Assembly: GCA_963720545.1 (NCBI GenBank)
Contig: OY970399.1
Location: 3,264,001 to 3,328,000, forward strand
Origin: an uncultured Acidobacteriota bacterium
GTDB taxonomy: Bacteria; Acidobacteriota; Vicinamibacteria; Fen-336
Reading direction: 5' to 3'
DNA length: 64,000 nucleotides
The translations under genes were made by a program, and so were the position numbers. Shown here one piece after another: positions 55,872-64,000 of the stretch. The notes beneath the pieces are model-generated. The model saw nothing but the letters and a program-made list of their open reading frames with translations, was not told the DNA's origin and made no database searches. Numbering within the stretch: position 1 is the stretch's first letter; every line of letters begins with the position of its first letter.

Positions 55872-58046
55872 ATGACCGAGAAGGACCAATCGGAAAAGAT
55901 GCCGGCCACCATTGGCCGGTACCAGATCCAGGAAAGCGTCGGATTCGGGGCGATGGGCGCCGTTTACAAGGCGTTCGATCCGCTCATCAAGCGGACCCTG
56001 GCGATCAAGACCATCCGCCTCGACATCCCGAAGCAGAGCGCCCAGTACCAGTCGTTCATCGAGCGCTTCTATCACGAGGCGCGGATCTCGGGCACCTTGT
56101 CGCACCCGCACATCGTCACGCTCTTCGACATCGGCGAAGAGCACGGCATTCCGTACCTGGCGATGGAGTACGTCCCGGGCGACACGGTTTCGGCCCTGCT
56201 CGAGCAGGGTCCGCGCTTCGCACCCGAACGCGTGGTGAGCGTCGTCAGCCAGGTGGCCTCGGCGGTCGACTATGCGCACGGCCGCGGCGTCGTGCACCGC
56301 GACATCAAGCCGTCGAACATCATCCTGCACGAGGGCGACAAGGTTAAGGTCACCGACTTCGGGATCGCCAAGCTCGCGAACGCCGACATGACGCAGTCGG
56401 GCACGCTCCTGGGCACGCCGTCCTACATGTCGCCCGAACAGGCGATGGGCGAGAAAGTGGACGGCCGCAGCGACATCTTTTCGCTGGGTGTCTGCGCCTA
56501 CGAGATGCTTTCGTCGCGCCAGCCGTTCCCCGGCAGCAACGTCACCGCCATCCTCTACAAGCTCGTCAACGAGGAGCCCGCGGTGCCGGCCGACCTCGAA
56601 GCCATCGGCCTGGTGCCCGACAAATGGCGCGAAGTCTTCGCCAAGGTGCTCGCGAAGAAGCCGGCCGACCGCTACGAAACCGCGGGCGCTTTCGTCGCCG
56701 ACCTCGAGTACTGCCTCGCCTCCTGGTTCGGCGGGTTGAGCGACGCCACCATGGTGGGCGCGCGTGTCGCCGGTCCCGAGGACGCAACGGTGGTGACCGC
56801 GGCAACCGCCACGGTTGCGCCGCCGGTCGCCGAGGACGCGACCGTCACGGTGGTCCGTCGCCCCGACGACAAGGCAGAGGGCGCCGACGCGAACGCGGGC
56901 GCGACCGTCCAGATTCCGCCGAAGGCGCCGCCCTCTGGCGACCCGGGAGCCACAGTGGTCACGCCGCCGGTGACCAGGCCGGTGGCGGCGCAGAAGCCAC
57001 CCGTCGGCGGCGCGGTCAAGGCGCCCGTCCCGCCTGCGCCCCCGGCGGCCGCGGCGCCGTCCAAGCCGGCTGCGCCCGGCAGCGCTCCGAAACGCAGCGG
57101 CCTGCCGGTGGTCGTGCTCGGCGCCGCGGCGCTGCTCGTCGTCGGCCTCGTCGGCTGGTTGCTGATGCGCCGCGCGCCGATCCCCGAGCCGACGCCGGCG
57201 CCGGTCGTGGCCGAGACGCCGTCGGCCGAGCCGACGGTTGCGGCGCCGGTCACCGGCACGCTGCACGTCGAATCCGATCCCGCCGGCGCCGCGGTGATGG
57301 TCAACGGCGAAGCGAGGGGCAACACCCCGCTCGACCTCACCGGCCTGCCGTTCGGCGACCTCGCGGTCAAAGTGGACCAGCGCGGCTACGAGTCGCAGAC
57401 GCAAACGGTCTCGCTGTCGGCGGCCGCCGCCGCGGCCGAGGTGAAGGTGACGCTCGCGCGGCGTACACCGACCACGGCGTCGATCGACATTTCGAGCACG
57501 CCGCTCGGCGCCGACGTGCTGATCAACGGCGGCATCGTCGGCCGCACGCCGATCCTCGACCTGAAGCTGCGCGCCAACAACTACAAGGTCGAGGTACGGC
57601 GCGAGGGCTACGAACCGTTCTCGACCAATGTGCGCCTCGAAGCCGGCAAGAAGGGCACCGTAGACGCCGCGCTGCGCGCCGTCGCGGCGGCGCCCGCGGC
57701 CACGGCGCCATCCGCCAGCCATGCCGCCCAGCCGGTGGACACGAGCCGGGTCTACGCCATCGAGGAAGTGGACAAGCGGCCGAACCGCATCGCCGGCGTG
57801 ACCGCGTCGTATCCATCCAACAAGCTTCCCAGGCTGCGCCAGGGCCAGGCCGCCTCGGTGACCGTCAGCTTCCTGGTGAGCGAGGCCGGTGCGGTGTCCG
57901 ACATCAAGGTGACCGAGTCGGGCGGCCCCGTACTCGACGAGGAAGTGGTGAACGCGGTGCGCGGCTTCCGCTACAGCCCGGGCGAAAAGGGCGGCCAGCC
58001 GGTCAAGGTGCGCCTCACCTTCAAGCAGACTTTCCGCGGGGCCTAG
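55872..58046 (+). CDS. Ser/Thr protein kinase with TM helix, two PEGA domains and C-terminal TonB_C-like domain
   Basis: VGFGAMGAV, HRDIKPSN, DFGIAK, GTPSYMSPEQ; TM VVVLGAAALLVVGLVGWLL; VESDPAGAAVMVNG..GNTP and ISSTPLGADVLING..GRTP; YP...VSFLVSEAGAVSDIKV...LDEEVVNAVRGFRYSPG..GQPVKV. Confidence 0.9.
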   Translation: MTEKDQSEKMPATIGRYQIQESVGFGAMGAVYKAFDPLIKRTLAIKTIRLDIPKQSAQYQSFIERFYHEARISGTLSHPHIVTLFDIGEEHGIPYLAMEYVPGDTVSALLEQGPRFAPERVVSVVSQVASAVDYAHGRGVVHRDIKPSNIILHEGDKVKVTDFGIAKLANADMTQSGTLLGTPSYMSPEQAMGEKVDGRSDIFSLGVCAYEMLSSRQPFPGSNVTAILYKLVNEEPAVPADLEAIGLVPDKWREVFAKVLAKKPADRYETAGAFVADLEYCLASWFGGLSDATMVGARVAGPEDATVVTAATATVAPPVAEDATVTVVRRPDDKAEGADANAGATVQIPPKAPPSGDPGATVVTPPVTRPVAAQKPPVGGAVKAPVPPAPPAAAAPSKPAAPGSAPKRSGLPVVVLGAAALLVVGLVGWLLMRRAPIPEPTPAPVVAETPSAEPTVAAPVTGTLHVESDPAGAAVMVNGEARGNTPLDLTGLPFGDLAVKVDQRGYESQTQTVSLSAAAAAAEVKVTLARRTPTTASIDISSTPLGADVLINGGIVGRTPILDLKLRANNYKVEVRREGYEPFSTNVRLEAGKKGTVDAALRAVAAAPAATAPSASHAAQPVDTSRVYAIEEVDKRPNRIAGVTASYPSNKLPRLRQGQAASVTVSFLVSEAGAVSDIKVTESGGPVLDEEVVNAVRGFRYSPGEKGGQPVKVRLTFKQTFRGA

Positions 58047-58080
58047 ACCACCTATACTGGCCTTCGGAGCCAAGGAAGAA

Positions 58081-58662
58081 GTGTCCGGCGTAGACGACGT
58101 CATCGGCGAACAGCGCGTGCCCCTGGTGGCGGACCACGGCCGCCGCGGCGCGTTGCGCGGCCTGCGCGAACTTGCCCAGGACTTCGCGGTCGCGGTCATC
58201 TTCTGCTTCTTCGTCATCACCTACGTCGCGCAGGCGTTTCGCGTCCAGGGCACGAGCATGCTGCCGTTGCTCGCCGACAACGAGCGCATCATCGTCAACA
58301 AGTTCATCTATCGCGTCAGCCCCATCGAGCGCGGCGACGTGGTGGTCTTCTATTTCCCCTCTGATCCGTCGGTGTCCTTCATCAAGCGGGTGGCGGCGCG
58401 TCCCGGCGACACGGTCGAACTGCGTTCGGGCGCGCTCTACGTCAACGGCCGCGCGGTGCGCGAGGACTATGTCGCGAACGCGTACCGCGACACCGGCAGC
58501 TTCGGCCCGCTCACGGTGCCGGCCGGTTACTACTACGTGCTCGGCGACCATCGCAACAGCAGCAACGACAGCCGCTCCTGGGGCGAGGTGCCCGAGCGCT
58601 ACATCTACGGCAAGGCGTTCGCGCGCTTCTGGCCGCTGTCGAAACTGGGCGCCATCCGCTAG
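58081..58662 (+). CDS. lepB: Signal peptidase I
   Basis: GTSMLPLL, RGDVVVF, FIKRVAARPGD, VLGDHRNSSNDSRSWG. Confidence 0.93.
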   Translation: MSGVDDVIGEQRVPLVADHGRRGALRGLRELAQDFAVAVIFCFFVITYVAQAFRVQGTSMLPLLADNERIIVNKFIYRVSPIERGDVVVFYFPSDPSVSFIKRVAARPGDTVELRSGALYVNGRAVREDYVANAYRDTGSFGPLTVPAGYYYVLGDHRNSSNDSRSWGEVPERYIYGKAFARFWPLSKLGAIR

Positions 58663-58668
58663 GAAGCC

Positions 58669-59457
58669 GTGAACCGCATGAGGCCCCTCTATCTCGCACT
58701 CTCCGGCGGCGGCGCGCACGCGGCGTCGCATGCCGGCGTGATCAAGGCGCTCGAAGACAACGGCGTGCCCATCGCCGGCGTCGCCGGCGTCAGCGGCGGC
58801 GCGCTGGTGGCGGGCGCCTGGGCCGGCGGCGCCGACCTCGACAGCCTCGTCGACCAGGCCTCGCGCCTGCATCCGTGGATGTGGGTGCGCGGCTGGGGTG
58901 GGGGCCTCCTCTCGGGCACCCGGCTCGGCATGCTGATCGACCAGTTCCTGCCCGAGGCCACCTTCGAGGGGTTGAAGGTGCCGGTGCGCGTGCTCGCCAC
59001 CGATGTCGACACCGGCGAGGCCGTGGTCTTCGACAGCGGCGAACTGCGCGATCCGGTGCGCGCCTCGTGCAGCTTCCCGGGCGTGTTCCCGCCAATGGTG
59101 CTCAATGGCCGGAGGCTCTACGACGGCGGCATCACCGGCGTGGTGCCGGTGCGCATCGCGCGCGACATGGCGGGCGACCAGGGGGTGGTGATGGCGGTCG
59201 ACTGCAACAGCGGCACCAAGTGGCCCATCGCCGACTCGTTCGTCGCCATCGCGCTGCGCGCGGGGCTGACGCTGCTGCGCGGCCGCACCCGCAGCGAGCT
59301 GCTCGGCGCCGACCTGGTGATCGCGCCGTCGATGGGCGATTCGGGCTGGATGCGGCCGGCGAAGATCCCGAGCTTCTACGAAGCGGGCAAGGTGGCGCTC
59401 AACGACGCCCTCCCGGAAGTGCGGCGGCTGCTGCAGGCCGCGGCGATTGCATCGTGA
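58669..59457 (+). CDS. Patatin-like phospholipase
   Basis: LALSGGGAHA..HAGV, GVSGG (GxSxG), RASCSFPGVF, DGG. Confidence 0.9.
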   Translation: MNRMRPLYLALSGGGAHAASHAGVIKALEDNGVPIAGVAGVSGGALVAGAWAGGADLDSLVDQASRLHPWMWVRGWGGGLLSGTRLGMLIDQFLPEATFEGLKVPVRVLATDVDTGEAVVFDSGELRDPVRASCSFPGVFPPMVLNGRRLYDGGITGVVPVRIARDMAGDQGVVMAVDCNSGTKWPIADSFVAIALRAGLTLLRGRTRSELLGADLVIAPSMGDSGWMRPAKIPSFYEAGKVALNDALPEVRRLLQAAAIAS

Positions 59458-60058
59458 CTGCGAACGGCGACGCCGAGCGCGTGACCACGGCGATCGGCCG
59501 CTGACGCTGCCAGAACGAAGCCGGCACCGCACGCAGGTCGGGCTGCGGCAGGCGCGCGCCGCTCATCAGCGCGCGTAGCGCCGCGTTCAGCGGCAACTCG
59601 GACGGGGCGAGGAAGTCTTCCTTGCTGCCCTTGCGGTGCTCGATGAGCGCGGCGTAGCCACTCGGGAAGAGCCGCAGCGAGACGATGCGCGGCAGTGCTT
59701 CGCCGCCTGCATCGGAACAGGAGCGGATGTCGTAGGCGCCGCCGCGGCACGTGAAGACGAGGCACCCGCCGTCGCGGTCCGCGGCGCGCTGTGAAGCACC
59801 GTCCTCGCAAAGCGGCGGGGCATCGCCTTCCGCGGCGGTGGTGCAGGCCGACCACCACTCGGCCCACGGCTCGACCCAGTCGGTCGCGCCGTCCGTTTTC
59901 GGCAAGCCGGACAGTGCGTAGGTCCGCGGCGCGCCCGGCTGCCGGCCCGGATCGCACGACGGCTCGCCGCTGCGCCAGCCGGCGCCGGCGCGCGGCGCCG
60001 CTGCGAATGTCATGACTACCACGGCGGCCAATCCCACGACCTTCGCGCTTGCCAGCAT
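59399..60058 (-). CDS. Hypothetical secreted protein
   Basis: Signal-peptide-like N-terminus; fills the gap between genes; Cys/Trp content; no recognised motif; 3' end overlaps the patatin gene. Confidence 0.5.
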   Translation of the reverse strand: MLASAKVVGLAAVVVMTFAAAPRAGAGWRSGEPSCDPGRQPGAPRTYALSGLPKTDGATDWVEPWAEWWSACTTAAEGDAPPLCEDGASQRAADRDGGCLVFTCRGGAYDIRSCSDAGGEALPRIVSLRLFPSGYAALIEHRKGSKEDFLAPSELPLNAALRALMSGARLPQPDLRAVPASFWQRQRPIAVVTRSASPFAVTMQSPRPAAAAALPGGRR

Positions 60059-60131
60059 GCCTTGCCTCGCTTGTACGGGAAAGCTAGCCGCGCTGCCTCT
60101 CGCGGGTCTTCACGAGTTGCTCAGGATTGGC

Positions 60132-61421
60132 TCAATTACCCTTGTAGACGATGCGGAAGATGCGGCCCGGCAGCTGGTCGGAGGTGACGTAGAGCGAGCC
60201 GTCCGGACCCTGCGCGAGGCCCACCGGCCGGTCGCGCGCGTCTCCCGGCAGATCGGTGCCGTTGCCCTGGAAGCCGCTCGCGAACGGCTCCCACGACACC
60301 GGCTTGTGGTTCTGGAAGTGGACGCGCACCACGTTGTAGCCGGGGCCCTGCGGGGGCCCGGGGAAGCGCGCCCCATGAAATGCGATGAACGCGTCGTTGC
60401 GGTAGGCCGCGGGAAACTGCGCGCCGGTGTAGAAGAGCAGCCCGAGCGGCGCCCAGTGCGCGGGAAGGGTCATTTGCGAATCGGCGACGTTGCGGCAGCG
60501 GCCGCGCTCCGTGCCGTCGCCGCCGTATTCGGGCGCCAGCACTTTGACGCCATCGGCGCCGAGGCGTGGATCCTCGTAACAGTAAGGCCAGCCGTTGTCG
60601 TAGCCCTGCACGATCTTGATCAGCTCTTCGGCGGGCTCGACCCGGTCGTCCTGCGGGGTGTACAGGTTCGACCAGTTGTCGTAGAGCTGGTCGCGGCCGT
60701 TCTGCACGCCCCAGAGGGCACCGGTGCCGGGCTGGAAGGCGAGCGCCGTCGCGTTGCGGATGCCCTTGGCGAAGCGCGTGCCCTGCGCCTGGTGCTGTCC
60801 AACCTGCAGGCTGAAGCGCCAGACGCCGGCGCGGGTGGCGAGCTCCGGGCACGGGTCGATTCCGGGCGAGTAGTCGCTGCGGTTATTTTGCTGGCAGGAG
60901 TTCGACCCCGAGCCGATGTTCACGAACAGGTCGCCCTGCGGGCTGAGCAGCACCGTCTTGGCGCCGTGGTCGCCGCTGTCCGGCAGGCCCGAGACGATGG
61001 TCGCCGGCGCGCCGACCGGCAGCAACTGGTCGGCAGCGAGCTTGTAGCGCAGCACGCGGTCGTTCTTGCCCAGGTACAGGCGGTTCTCCTGCGCGTTCAG
61101 CGCCACGCCGTGACCGCCGCTTTGCGAGATGACCACGGTGCGGTCCATGCGGCCGTCGCCGTCGTTGTCGTGCAGCGCGATGAAGCGGCCGTTGTCCGAG
61201 CCGTCCCACGCCGGGTTGACGGCGACATAGAGATCGCCGTTGCGGCGCACCACGATGTGGCGGGCGCGGCCGACGTTGCTCGCGACCACCAGCGCGCAGA
61301 AGCCGTTCGGCAGCGTCAGGCCGCCGTTGTTCGCGTCGCACCGGGGCGGTGCGGCTGTGACGGCCGTCGTGGTGAGCGTCAGCAAGGCGGTGCTTGAAAA
61401 GGCAAAGAGTTGACGATGCAT
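60132..61421 (-). CDS. PQQ-dependent glucose/sorbosone dehydrogenase family beta-propeller
   Basis: LTLPNGFCA, DLFVNIGSGSNSC, FAKGIRN, QNGRD, GWPYCY, AHWAPLG, IAFHG, RPVGLAQGPDGSLYVTSD; GGAG SD. Confidence 0.9.
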   Translation of the reverse strand: MHRQLFAFSSTALLTLTTTAVTAAPPRCDANNGGLTLPNGFCALVVASNVGRARHIVVRRNGDLYVAVNPAWDGSDNGRFIALHDNDGDGRMDRTVVISQSGGHGVALNAQENRLYLGKNDRVLRYKLAADQLLPVGAPATIVSGLPDSGDHGAKTVLLSPQGDLFVNIGSGSNSCQQNNRSDYSPGIDPCPELATRAGVWRFSLQVGQHQAQGTRFAKGIRNATALAFQPGTGALWGVQNGRDQLYDNWSNLYTPQDDRVEPAEELIKIVQGYDNGWPYCYEDPRLGADGVKVLAPEYGGDGTERGRCRNVADSQMTLPAHWAPLGLLFYTGAQFPAAYRNDAFIAFHGARFPGPPQGPGYNVVRVHFQNHKPVSWEPFASGFQGNGTDLPGDARDRPVGLAQGPDGSLYVTSDQLPGRIFRIVYKGN

Positions 61422-61464
61422 GCGGGTTTCTCCGAGAAGGCAAGCGAGGAGCCGGCGTGACGAT

Positions 61465-61480
61465 AGCAAGCCGCGTGCCG
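61465..61480 (-). promoter_or_regulatory. Sigma-54 (-24/-12) promoter candidate CGGCACG-CGGC-TTGCT
   Basis: Matches TGGCACG-N4-TTGCW at all but the first base, with correct GG-N10-GC spacing, about 45 nt upstream of the dehydrogenase ATG. Confidence 0.6.
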
Positions 61481-61662
61481 CCGCGCGAAGCACGTAAATG
61501 GCGCTCATCTCCAGGCGCGGTCGTGGTTGCGGACCAACCGTTCTACAAAATGTCGGCCAAAGCGCTTTGAGGAAAGGCTGACCAGTCGCTCAGGACTCGC
61601 GGGCGTGTTTCCAGTTACCTTCCCGCTCGCCAAGCAACCCGTTTTTCGATCAGAGGTGTTCC

Positions 61663-62475
61663 ATGAACATGTCACGAGCCGGCTGTGCCGCGCTCCTGTC
61701 CGTGCTGGCCTTCGCATCGCTCCGTGGCGAGGCAGCGGCGCAAGTGCCTTTCGGCGCCTACTGCCAGCAGAATTTCGAGAACAGCTGGCAGAACAACGTC
61801 AACTACGTGTTCCGGCGCTGCGGCTGGTTCATGGACGAACTCGACGACACCGACACCCGCGCCTTCTATTTCAACATGGTCGACGCCAAGCCGTTCTTCT
61901 CGTCGTGCGACACCTGCAGCGGCGCCGTCGACACGGTGCGCCTCGTCTACGCCAGCACCCACGGCAGCGCCAAGGGCAGCGCCGACGCCATGCTCGCCAT
62001 GTGGAACCAGAACATGTGGGCATTGACGAAGACCGACTCGTGGCGGCTGGGCGACGGCACGCCCGAGCCGCTCGGCTTTCTCGCGCTCTACGCCTGCGAG
62101 ACGCTCAACAACGACGACAACAACATCTGGGGGCGATGGGGATCGGCCTTCAGCGGCGGGCTGCTCATGGCACTCGGCAGCCAGGACACCCTCAACGACG
62201 CGCTCACCACCGACGAGACCGGCGAGGATTTCGCCGACAACCTGCAGAAGGGTAAGTCGGCGAAGTGGGCGTGGTTCGACGGCAACGGCGACTGGGACGT
62301 CGACCAGGACGTCGCGGTGATGGCGACCGGAAGCTCCGCAACCGGCGCGCACAACGCGAGCGCCGACTGCGGCTTCCGCCGCGACACCCTCACCTGGCAG
62401 AACGCCCACCAGTACGCGCTCTGGCGCGACGGCCAGGCCGAGTGGTGGTGCGCGTCGAAGATCGACAACAACTAG
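61663..62475 (+). CDS. Secreted Trp/Asp/Cys-rich protein, DUF6345-like, possible clan CD His-Cys dyad
   Basis: Signal peptide; LVYASTHG, WRLGD, FLALYACETL, W..AFSGGL..LG, GEDFA, KWAWF; GAGG SD; family assignment from memory. Confidence 0.65.
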   Translation: MNMSRAGCAALLSVLAFASLRGEAAAQVPFGAYCQQNFENSWQNNVNYVFRRCGWFMDELDDTDTRAFYFNMVDAKPFFSSCDTCSGAVDTVRLVYASTHGSAKGSADAMLAMWNQNMWALTKTDSWRLGDGTPEPLGFLALYACETLNNDDNNIWGRWGSAFSGGLLMALGSQDTLNDALTTDETGEDFADNLQKGKSAKWAWFDGNGDWDVDQDVAVMATGSSATGAHNASADCGFRRDTLTWQNAHQYALWRDGQAEWWCASKIDNN

Positions 62476-62501
62476 TCGTGCGGGTAACCATGAGGAAGAC
62501 C

Positions 62502-63605
62502 ATGACCATGAAGAAGCCGCACGCGAACCAGGCCCTGGCACTCGCACTGCTGGCGCTCGCTGCCGCACCCCTGGCGTTCGCGGCGCAGCCGCGTGCGGGC
62601 CACTCGGAATATCTCGCGTCGCTCACCGCGCACGCCCTGGAGCGAGGTGTCGGCCGCGAGAGCGTGCCGGTTCTGTCTCCGGTCGTCGGCGCGGGACGCG
62701 AGGTCACGGCCCGCAAGCTGCTTGCACGGCTGGGCTCGGGCGGCCAGGGTTTCGGCGGGCGCCTGCAACTGGGCGCGCTCAGCCCGGGCCAGGCGGACAA
62801 GCGCATCGCGAGCTATTTCGGCAAGGGCGGATACGTCGACGTGTTCGCGGACGGCAGCAAGCTACGGGTGCGCGCCAACCTCGACGACCCCAAGGCGGTG
62901 GCGGCGGCGGGCGAGGTGGCGCTCGAGAAGGCGGAGCTCGAGACGCTCGGCCGGCGCTTCGTCAGCGGCGCCTTGCGCGACATCGTCAAGGTCTCGGCCA
63001 ACGAGTCGGTGACCTTCCTCGGCGTGCGCCACCTCGTGAACTACGAAGGCAGCGTGGACGGGCGCACGCGCGCCAGCCGCACCATAGCCAACATCGCGAT
63101 CTTCGGGCGTGAGGTCGGCGGAATTCCGGTCGTCGGCAGCGGCTCGAAGGTCGCGGTGTGGTTCGACAACGCCCGCCAGCCCGTCGGCTTCGACGTCGAT
63201 TGGCCCGAGTATCGCGCCGCCGGCGGCACACAACGCGTCCTGGGACAGCGGGAATTGGCCGAACGCGTGGCGAAGACCACGATTCCGCTCACCGGCGAGA
63301 ACGCGCCGCGCCGCTTCGAGTGCGGCTACGTGGACCTCGGCGCCACCCGCCGCGGCAAGTCGCTCCAGGCCGGCTGCGAGATCGCATGGGAGCGCCGCGG
63401 CAAGGACGGCGGCGTGTCCGCGCACGTGGAGTTCGTGCCCGCGGCCGTCAAAGTGCTCGAGGATCCGCGTTGGCCGCTGGCGGCGGCGATTGCCTCGGGC
63501 GAGACGCCGAACACGCTGAGCGCCGAGTTCGCGAAGTGGGTGGACGGTCCGAAGCCGCCGCCCGCCCCGGCCGCGAACTATGCCAAGGGCAAGGTGAAGC
63601 CCTAG
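62502..63605 (+). CDS. Hypothetical secreted protein, possibly FTP/PepSY-propeptide-like
   Basis: Signal peptide (ALALALLALAAAPLAFA); FGREVGGIPVVGSGSKVAVWFD..PVGFDVDW; start 62490, 62502 or 62508. Confidence 0.6.
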   Translation: MTMKKPHANQALALALLALAAAPLAFAAQPRAGHSEYLASLTAHALERGVGRESVPVLSPVVGAGREVTARKLLARLGSGGQGFGGRLQLGALSPGQADKRIASYFGKGGYVDVFADGSKLRVRANLDDPKAVAAAGEVALEKAELETLGRRFVSGALRDIVKVSANESVTFLGVRHLVNYEGSVDGRTRASRTIANIAIFGREVGGIPVVGSGSKVAVWFDNARQPVGFDVDWPEYRAAGGTQRVLGQRELAERVAKTTIPLTGENAPRRFECGYVDLGATRRGKSLQAGCEIAWERRGKDGGVSAHVEFVPAAVKVLEDPRWPLAAAIASGETPNTLSAEFAKWVDGPKPPPAPAANYAKGKVKP

Positions 63606-64000
63606 CGGTTGAGGGTCGACAGCGTCTTGGCGGCCCGGCTCGCCATCGGGCTGCCGGGATGCAGGTCGAGGATCTTGAGCAGCAGCGCCCGCGCCTGCGC
63701 CGGTCGGCCCCAACTGAGGTAGTTGATTGCCTGCAGGTAGAGAAGGCGCGGGTCGTATTCGGCCGACGGCCCAAGGTTCAATCCCTCGAGCAGGCGCCCC
63801 TCGGCCTCATCGTAGCGCCGCGAGGCGTTGGCGATGACCGCGAGGTCCATGCGCGCCTTCTTGCGGTACGACATCGGACTCTGCGAGTCGGACTGGATCG
63901 CGCGCAGCAACAGCTTCTCGGCGCCCGCGTAGAGCGCGCGTTCGAACAGGTGGTTGCCGAGCGCAAACAGGGCCAGCGCGTCGTCGTCGTTCTTCTCGAT
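63602..64000 (-). CDS. Tetratricopeptide repeat protein, 5' truncated by window edge
   Basis: Frame is open to the window end; ALFALGNHLFE..YAGAEKLL, LLYLQAINY...ARALLLKILDLHPGSPMASRA. Confidence 0.75.
   Translation of the reverse strand: MEKNDDDALALFALGNHLFERALYAGAEKLLLRAIQSDSQSPMSYRKKARMDLAVIANASRRYDEAEGRLLEGLNLGPSAEYDPRLLYLQAINYLSWGRPAQARALLLKILDLHPGSPMASRAAKTLSTLNR

Overview
A gene-dense, very GC-rich (about 70% by eye) bacterial chromosome segment with about 56 CDS. No rRNA, tRNA, CRISPR, phage or transposase genes were seen. The gene content (Oar-like TonB-dependent receptor, several Hanks kinases, DUF885, bacillithiol operon) suggests Acidobacteriota, possibly Vicinamibacteria; this is inference. 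Recognisable modules are a radical SAM/SPASM gene coupled to folE, a Ser/Thr kinase with a secreted DUF2252 protein, mrfA-(PqqB-like MBL)-mrfB, ppa, a cytochrome c-FTR1 iron permease with a Fur-like box, a split pyr cluster (pyrK-D-F / pyrR-B-C), ndh, a SET protein, a MacAB-like exporter, ada, bshC-bshA-csaA-bshB1, a kinase-PEGA-TonB fusion, lepB, and a DUF6345-like secreted pair. The most notable observations are: (1) a palindromic repeat family found at 30061-30182 and about 51701-51800, with one copy inserted in frame in the PqqB-like gene between 5-bp direct repeats (reminiscent of Rickettsia RPEs); (2) a radical SAM enzyme with a non-canonical Cx3Cx10C motif, translationally coupled to folE; (3) a shared Ada-box-like motif exactly 47 nt upstream of both ada and a 2OG-Fe(II) oxygenase 35 kb away; (4) many apparently leaderless promoters. 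All calls come from motif recognition by eye; no searches were run.
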